Below, piece after piece: positions 58,591 to 64,000 of a stretch of DNA of 64,000 nucleotides. The notes under the pieces were generated by a model, which was not told the origin of the DNA, searched no databases, and saw only the letters and a list, made by a program, of their open reading frames with translations. A program made the translations under genes and the position numbers. The stretch lies in NCBI GenBank assembly GCA_977020255.1, contig CDROCS010000462.1, forward strand, positions 1 through 64,000, written 5' to 3'. This DNA is from Obrimoposthia wandeli (taxonomy: Eukaryota). Every line of letters begins with the position of its first letter. The first letter of the stretch is position 1.

Positions 58591-60573
58591 CTACTTATTT
58601 TTACTCAAGTCATACAAACGTTTAGAGGCATCAGAAGATAAATTACTCATGTCAGTAAGTTTTTTGGCATCATCTGAGTTTTGTTCACTAATCTGACGAA
58701 TCCGTTCGGCCAGCTCTTGAATTTCATCGGTTACTTTGGCTTGCTCATTAGCCGTCACAGCGATCAGCGAAGTGCGCTCATTGATATTACCGAAAGCTTC
58801 AACAATGTTTTCAAAAGCTTCTACCGCTGTATCCGCGCGTTCAATAGATTCATTCGATAAGTTTTGACTGCTGGCAATCACGTCAACGCCAGTGTTTGCC
58901 GCCTCTTGTAATTGCATTATCATATTTTCTATTTCAGCGGCAGAATCTTGTGTTTTGGCCGCGAGCGAGCGTACTTCATCAGCGACTACAGCAAAGCCTC
59001 TCCCATGTTCACCTGCTCGAGCAGCTTCAATAGCAGCATTCAACGCCAAGAGATTAGTCTGCCCTGAGATTGTCTTGATAACATCTAATACAGCGCCCAC
59101 TTTTTGACTATCTTTGGACAGCTGATCGATCACTGAAGAGGTTTTATTTAATGCCCCTGCCAACTCTTGTACTGCCGCACCGTTCTGTTGCACCATGTTG
59201 CGACCATGTGCCACCAACGTGCGCGCTTCGTCAGCTGTTTTAGAGGCATCTTCTGTATTTTGCGCAACATCTCGTGCACTGGCGGACATTTCATGAATAG
59301 CCGCCGCCAAGACATTGTTCTCATCCATTTGCTCAGCAGCTCTCGCACTTAAGGTATGACTTAACGCGCTTAAGCTCTCTGCTTCTTCACTGATTCCACC
59401 TGCCTCGACACCAATATCTTTAAGCAAACTATTTAGATAGCTCCCGTAGTCATTCACTGCTTCTTTAAGGAGCCCTATTTCATCCATCGAACGAATTTCA
59501 AGGCTCGCGGATGAACCGCCACTTACCAGCAATTTCACTTGCGAGGTCGTCTCTTTTATCCATCCCAGTACCACACGGCTATACCAGATGAAGATGACGA
59601 CAAAAAACAGCAGTGCTGGGATCATAGTCATATACAAACTATTGGCCAATTTTTGAACTGGCGCTTGAGTGATACTATCCGGTAGCACCATGCCGACTTT
59701 CCAATTTAAATCCGCAAGTTTATTAACGATTAAAATACTGCTGTCTCCTGGCACCACCCCTTTCGCTAAGGTTGTTATTTCTCGACCATCACTAAGTGCT
59801 GTCGACAAACTAGCAAGACTAGCGTCAGCAGCTACCGCCTTGTCCAGCGCAATCATCGAAAGGCCGGCGCGGCGGATAGCGGGAAAGCTGACAATCTGAT
59901 CCGTTTGATCGACGGCAAAACTGTAGCCTCCGGTCACTTTGTTTTGTGCTTCAAATAGCTCATTCAATCCCGAGAGCATTAAATCAACTGTCGCCACACC
60001 CCAAAAGCGCCCCGCGCGTTCAATCGCTACAGTACAGGTCACCATAGGTACTTTTGATATTGAGTCTTCATAAGCTTCAGACCAAGCGCACTGACCTGGT
60101 TTAAGATTTCTACCCACTTGATACCAAGACTCATTATGATAGCCACTACCTGCAGGATCATTGTAGTCATTCAGTAATGTTAGCCCACCATTGCTCTCTC
60201 GTGCCCAAAAGAACGAGTGCCGTGCAGTGTCGGTGGCAAAAGCGTTTGGTTCAGGCCAGATACCACCGCCGGCAATGGCGGCATTGCCAAATTTATCGAC
60301 CAGTGAAGGAAAGTAGGCCTCGAAAGTGTCACGCTCTAAAGGTAGTGTTTGCGCTAAGGCGGCTAAACTTTGCGTCAGTGATGCGGTATCAGCCAAGGTA
60401 ACTTCTAGCGCCTGAGACGTCGCATTCACTTGGGCACGCGCCTCTCGCTGTACTTGCTCTTGCATAATGGGTAAAGCTAAAAACTGCATGACAAAATAAA
60501 TAAGTGCCGCTGCTGCGATCAGCAGCATTCCACTCATCGTGGTCACTTTCTTACTAATACTGAAAACTTTCAT
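58591..60573 (-). CDS. Methyl-accepting chemotaxis protein (Cache-HAMP-MA)
   Basis: [50 protein letters not shown]. Confidence 0.95.
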   Translation of the reverse strand: MKVFSISKKVTTMSGMLLIAAAALIYFVMQFLALPIMQEQVQREARAQVNATSQALEVTLADTASLTQSLAALAQTLPLERDTFEAYFPSLVDKFGNAAIAGGGIWPEPNAFATDTARHSFFWARESNGGLTLLNDYNDPAGSGYHNESWYQVGRNLKPGQCAWSEAYEDSISKVPMVTCTVAIERAGRFWGVATVDLMLSGLNELFEAQNKVTGGYSFAVDQTDQIVSFPAIRRAGLSMIALDKAVAADASLASLSTALSDGREITTLAKGVVPGDSSILIVNKLADLNWKVGMVLPDSITQAPVQKLANSLYMTMIPALLFFVVIFIWYSRVVLGWIKETTSQVKLLVSGGSSASLEIRSMDEIGLLKEAVNDYGSYLNSLLKDIGVEAGGISEEAESLSALSHTLSARAAEQMDENNVLAAAIHEMSASARDVAQNTEDASKTADEARTLVAHGRNMVQQNGAAVQELAGALNKTSSVIDQLSKDSQKVGAVLDVIKTISGQTNLLALNAAIEAARAGEHGRGFAVVADEVRSLAAKTQDSAAEIENMIMQLQEAANTGVDVIASSQNLSNESIERADTAVEAFENIVEAFGNINERTSLIAVTANEQAKVTDEIQELAERIRQISEQNSDDAKKLTDMSNLSSDASKRLYDLSKNK

Positions 60574-60838
60574 CTGCGTACCCTTTTTTGTTTTTATTCA
60601 TTCTATAAAGCTATCGGCGGTATTTCTTCAATAATCATCTTTTTAGCAAACATTTGATTATTGACCGTTTTATGCATATGTTTTTAGCATAAAATCGATT
60701 TAACAACAAAGCATTTTACCCTTTGGTCATTATTTTAAGCTTTTGATTTTTAAATATTTAACTGAGGTACAGCCTTAAATAACCTGACACTAAATGCGAT
60801 GAAAAAATTCAATACTGGGCACGCTATAAGAACAGTAA

Positions 60839-61528
60839 TTACTGATTAAGCCATTGCTTTAACTGAGCAATGACTTCCGCATTTTCAGCACTGTTTGTCA
60901 GCGCTATTACCAAGGGTTTGACCACCAATGCAGACTTAACAACGGTTAAATTGTGATGATTATCTTGCTTAGAATAGTACTTCATCAAGCGGGGATCCGT
61001 CAGCGCAAGTGCAACTCGCTTATTGGCCAGCACCCTAATTAACGTTTTATCGTCGGGAACATAGTGTATGTTATAGCGGTTTTTTTTAAGTACTTTATCT
61101 ATTTCTTTCGAGTACACGTAGCTACTGACGACGCCAATACTACGGTGTTCTAATGTTTGCTCTAATGATGTCCACTCAATCGCTGATCCGCGATAACTAA
61201 GTAGCGCAACAGAGGACATTTCTATAGCGGAGGATGGCACAAAACCAGCCTGAACTTCTTCCGGCCAAGCCGGAAAATAGCCAATATAACGTCCTTTTTT
61301 AGCGTGGGCCACCGCACGGTTCCAAGGTAAAAAATCCACCTCTAAAGTAATATTATGTGCAGAGAGTATTTTTTTGAGTGCTTGCAAAGCACTACCCTGC
61401 GCTTCTAAGTCGGCTCCAGCATAAGGAGGCCATTCGATGCTCGCCAAACGCCATGTCTGCGCCGAGCTAATGGTTGCCAGACTCAATAGCACAAGCGCAA
61501 CGAGTGTGTGTACACAGAGTTTCATCAT
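60839..61528 (-). CDS. Family-3 periplasmic solute-binding protein
   Basis: Signal peptide; EWPPY, FLPWNRA, GYFPAW. Confidence 0.8.
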   Translation of the reverse strand: MMKLCVHTLVALVLLSLATISSAQTWRLASIEWPPYAGADLEAQGSALQALKKILSAHNITLEVDFLPWNRAVAHAKKGRYIGYFPAWPEEVQAGFVPSSAIEMSSVALLSYRGSAIEWTSLEQTLEHRSIGVVSSYVYSKEIDKVLKKNRYNIHYVPDDKTLIRVLANKRVALALTDPRLMKYYSKQDNHHNLTVVKSALVVKPLVIALTNSAENAEVIAQLKQWLNQ

Positions 61529-61670
61529 TATTTCGATTCCACTGTTTAGAGACAAAGTGATAGCCTAGTGCCTTACTTTAGCACTTAGTGAAGCTGTCGC
61601 AAAATATGTCAATTAAACGTACTGATGGCGTTAAATGCTAAAAATAGAAGAGCTGGTGTAATCACAAGCA

Positions 61671-61704
61671 GTTAGTCCTTACTGTTGTTAATAATAGGAC
61701 TAAC
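61671..61704. terminator. Hairpin downstream of iolB
   Basis: gttagtcct / aggactaac. Confidence 0.4.
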
Positions 61705-61820
61705 ACGGGGTGACATAGGCTTTATCAAACAGTGACTTTAATGCCGGTTCAGCTGAACCGACATCCTGACAGAAAACAACTGTATTTATCAGTCAGTTTT
61801 AGAGACGCTAATCAGTAAGA

Positions 61821-62645
61821 TTAAGCGCTATTTTTTTGTTTATCAGCCTCTATTATCCACTCATGATCGGGGTCATTGTGAAAGATCCAATTACGCGAGG
61901 GCCCTGCCATCACATTGAGATAGTATGATTCATAGCCGTGAGGCACACCTACCGGATGATAACCTTCAGGCACCATCACGACACCGTGATTTTCAACACT
62001 TATTGTCTCATCCAAACTGCGGTCATCTGTATATACACGCTGAAATACAAATCCTTGCTCAGGGTTTATTCTGTGATAATAAGTCTCCTCCAACTGAGTC
62101 TCTAGAGGCGCGTTGTCGCTATCGTGCTTATGTGGCGGATAGCTCGACCAATTACCCGTCGGTGTCGCCACTTCACAGACTAACAAACTCTCAGCCTCTA
62201 AATTATCAAATAATATATTGCAGACATGACGACGGTTGGAGTCGATACCACGCGTTTGGTAATTACACATATCCGGAGTGATTAAACGCACCGGGTACTT
62301 ACCAACCGCTGGTGCCTTGCAAATCGCCAGCTCTAAATCAGTAGTCGCTGTTACTTGGTAGCGCTCTGTCGGCGGCACATAAACTGCATAGGGCGCCTTG
62401 TTCTCAAATAAACTCATGCGCTCGCCCAACCCCTGCCAGCTTTGGTTGCCCGCACTAACATCCGCCTTACCAGTCAATATAACCAGGCAAACTTCTTTGT
62501 CTAAGGTGAGCTGCTCTAGGCTCTCTCCAGCGGCTAACTGGTACATTTCAAAGCCTACATACTGCCAGTTAGCCGATTCTGGAGTTATTTTTTGACGACA
62601 ACCCTGTTGATCCGGATTAGAAACTTTACTCAATAAATGGGACAT
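61821..62645 (-). CDS. iolB: 5-deoxy-glucuronate isomerase
   Basis: SANWQYVGF, GNWSSYPPHKHD, LEETYYHR, YYLNVMAGP. Confidence 0.93.
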   Translation of the reverse strand: MSHLLSKVSNPDQQGCRQKITPESANWQYVGFEMYQLAAGESLEQLTLDKEVCLVILTGKADVSAGNQSWQGLGERMSLFENKAPYAVYVPPTERYQVTATTDLELAICKAPAVGKYPVRLITPDMCNYQTRGIDSNRRHVCNILFDNLEAESLLVCEVATPTGNWSSYPPHKHDSDNAPLETQLEETYYHRINPEQGFVFQRVYTDDRSLDETISVENHGVVMVPEGYHPVGVPHGYESYYLNVMAGPSRNWIFHNDPDHEWIIEADKQKNSA

Positions 62646-62694
62646 GACTATTTCTCCAGTCACGCAGCACTATAGTGGGCTGCGTTAGTAACCG

Positions 62695-63680
62695 TTATAG
62701 CTGTACAGCTTTTCCGCTGCGTGATGATTCCAGTGCAGCCTCTGCCAATAGCAGCGACTGTAAGCCATCAATACCACTGGCAACTGGCTGAACTCCATCG
62801 CGTATACACTCAACGAAGTTATCCAATTCCAATCGATAAGCGGCGTCGTAGCGCTCTAGAAAGAAATATTGTGGTTTAGCACCATTGGAACCCTGACCAC
62901 CGGTCAAGGTCAATTGCGACTCTAACTGATTGCCAACTTGCGCCATTCCGAGCGAGCCAAACGCTTCTATGCGCTGGTCATAGCCATAAACCGCACGGCG
63001 ACTATTGCTAATTTGACACAATTTACCGCTGGCTGTTTTTAAGGTCACTAGTGCCGTATCTACATCACCAGCTTCACCAATAGCGGGATCCACTTGGCAA
63101 CTAGCGGTCGCGAACACTTCAACAGGCTCTTCGCCTAATAACCAGCGCGCCATATCAAAGTCGTGAATCATCATGTCGCGAAATAGTCCGCCGGAAACAC
63201 CAATATACTCTACCGGTGGGGGTGATGGGTCACGACTGGTGATGGTTAACATTTCTAGATTACCGACACTACCAGCATCGAGTGAAGCTTTAAGTGCATT
63301 GAACTGCGGATCGTAGCGTCGATTAAAACCGATAGAACAAACCACACCGCTAGCCTCAACAACCTTGAGACATTCACGTACGCGCTCCACACTCAAATCA
63401 ACAGGCTTTTCACAGAAAATAGCTTTACCGGCACACTCAAACTCTTTACAAATTGGCGTACAGTATTGAGTAAGACAGCGATAATCACCCCGTGAATATC
63501 CGGATCAGCTAACGCTTGTGCTACTGATACCACTTTTGCGCCATAGAGTTTTGCCAACTCTAGTGCCGCTGGTTCATAAGCATCGACAACATAGCGAATA
63601 CTCACTTCTGCGTGGCGCGCCACGTTACTCGCGTGAATAGATCCGATGCGGCCGGCGCCAAAAAGACACAAATTAATCAT
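62695..63680 (-). pseudogene. iolG: myo-Inositol 2-dehydrogenase split by a frameshift near 63430-63480 (possibly sequencing error)
   Basis: N-part GAGRIG..GVIIA and C-part GKAIFCEKPVDL..GFNRRYD..DMMIHDFD are in different frames. Confidence 0.8.
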
Positions 63681-63720
63681 TCAAATATTACTCCGTTCTT
63701 CCGGCGACGTTGCAAATAGG

Positions 63721-64000
63721 TCAGCCGGAGGTTTTTGCTAAATGTTCTAAACGATATGCCAAGCCAATCGCTATTGATTGGGCGAGGCATAATGAAGATG
63801 AGAGAGAGCGAAAAGAATGAACCTCCGCTTCTTTGACCACAAAACACGTCGTCGATATAGAGGCCAAAGGGCTAAGTAAGCTATCGGTAATCACGATCAG
63901 CGGTACATTTTTCTGCACCGCCAACTTGGCTACATCTTGCGTTTCTTTGCGTGTATGGTGAAACTAATCGCGATAATCTTCCCACCTCAATACTCCGCAT
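63721..64000 (-). CDS. C-terminal part of an RpiR/IolR-family SIS regulator (runs off the window; frame disrupted near 63950-63975)
   Basis: ITDSLLSPLA, VKEAEVHSFRSLSSSLCLAQSIAIGL; IIAISF is in another frame. Confidence 0.7.

Noticed and set aside
286-63400. Many 60-145 aa ORFs antisense to or nested in long genes (e.g. 286-723, 3952-4320, 12149-12628, 41612-42004)
   Set aside because: Shadow frames of well-supported genes, with no motifs or RBS
63393-63680. 95-aa ORF as an independent protein
   Set aside because: It is the N-terminal Rossmann part of iolG read past a frameshift
1-64000. CRISPR arrays, tRNA or rRNA genes, tandem repeats
   Set aside because: None seen; the hairpins found are isolated terminator-like elements and do not form a repeat family

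Overview
Chromosomal window from what looks like a marine gammaproteobacterium; no tRNA, rRNA, CRISPR array or transposase was recognised. From left to right: (1) a Fe3+/sugar-phosphate-type ABC permease and ATPase plus an inositol monophosphatase; (2) a VOC protein and a diguanylate cyclase; (3) a cluster at 5.9-15.4 kb for catabolism of methylated basic amino acids (DDAH, two paralogous BetI-like TetRs, an AstE/DoeB-like deacylase, a threonine aldolase-like enzyme, a trimethyllysine dioxygenase-like enzyme and a polar amino-acid ABC transporter), linked by a shared 16-bp operator; (4) a complete type VI secretion system at 17-44.4 kb. The T6SS carries an embedded membrane sensor / sensor-MFS fusion / solute-binding module, a second solute-binding protein, a soluble kinase and an FHA protein. 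It has a candidate effector at each edge, neither with an obvious immunity gene. After it come (5) dgt, a DUF2946(RAPP)-PepSY pair, a protein with an FrpC-type Asp-Pro self-processing module, USP, DMT, a GyrI-like/desaturase/Rieske/START lipid-related cluster, an MCP and an SBP; and (6) myo-inositol genes (iolB, frameshifted iolG, partial RpiR regulator) in sequence that looks error-prone near the window end. All family assignments come from motif recognition by eye; no searches were run.
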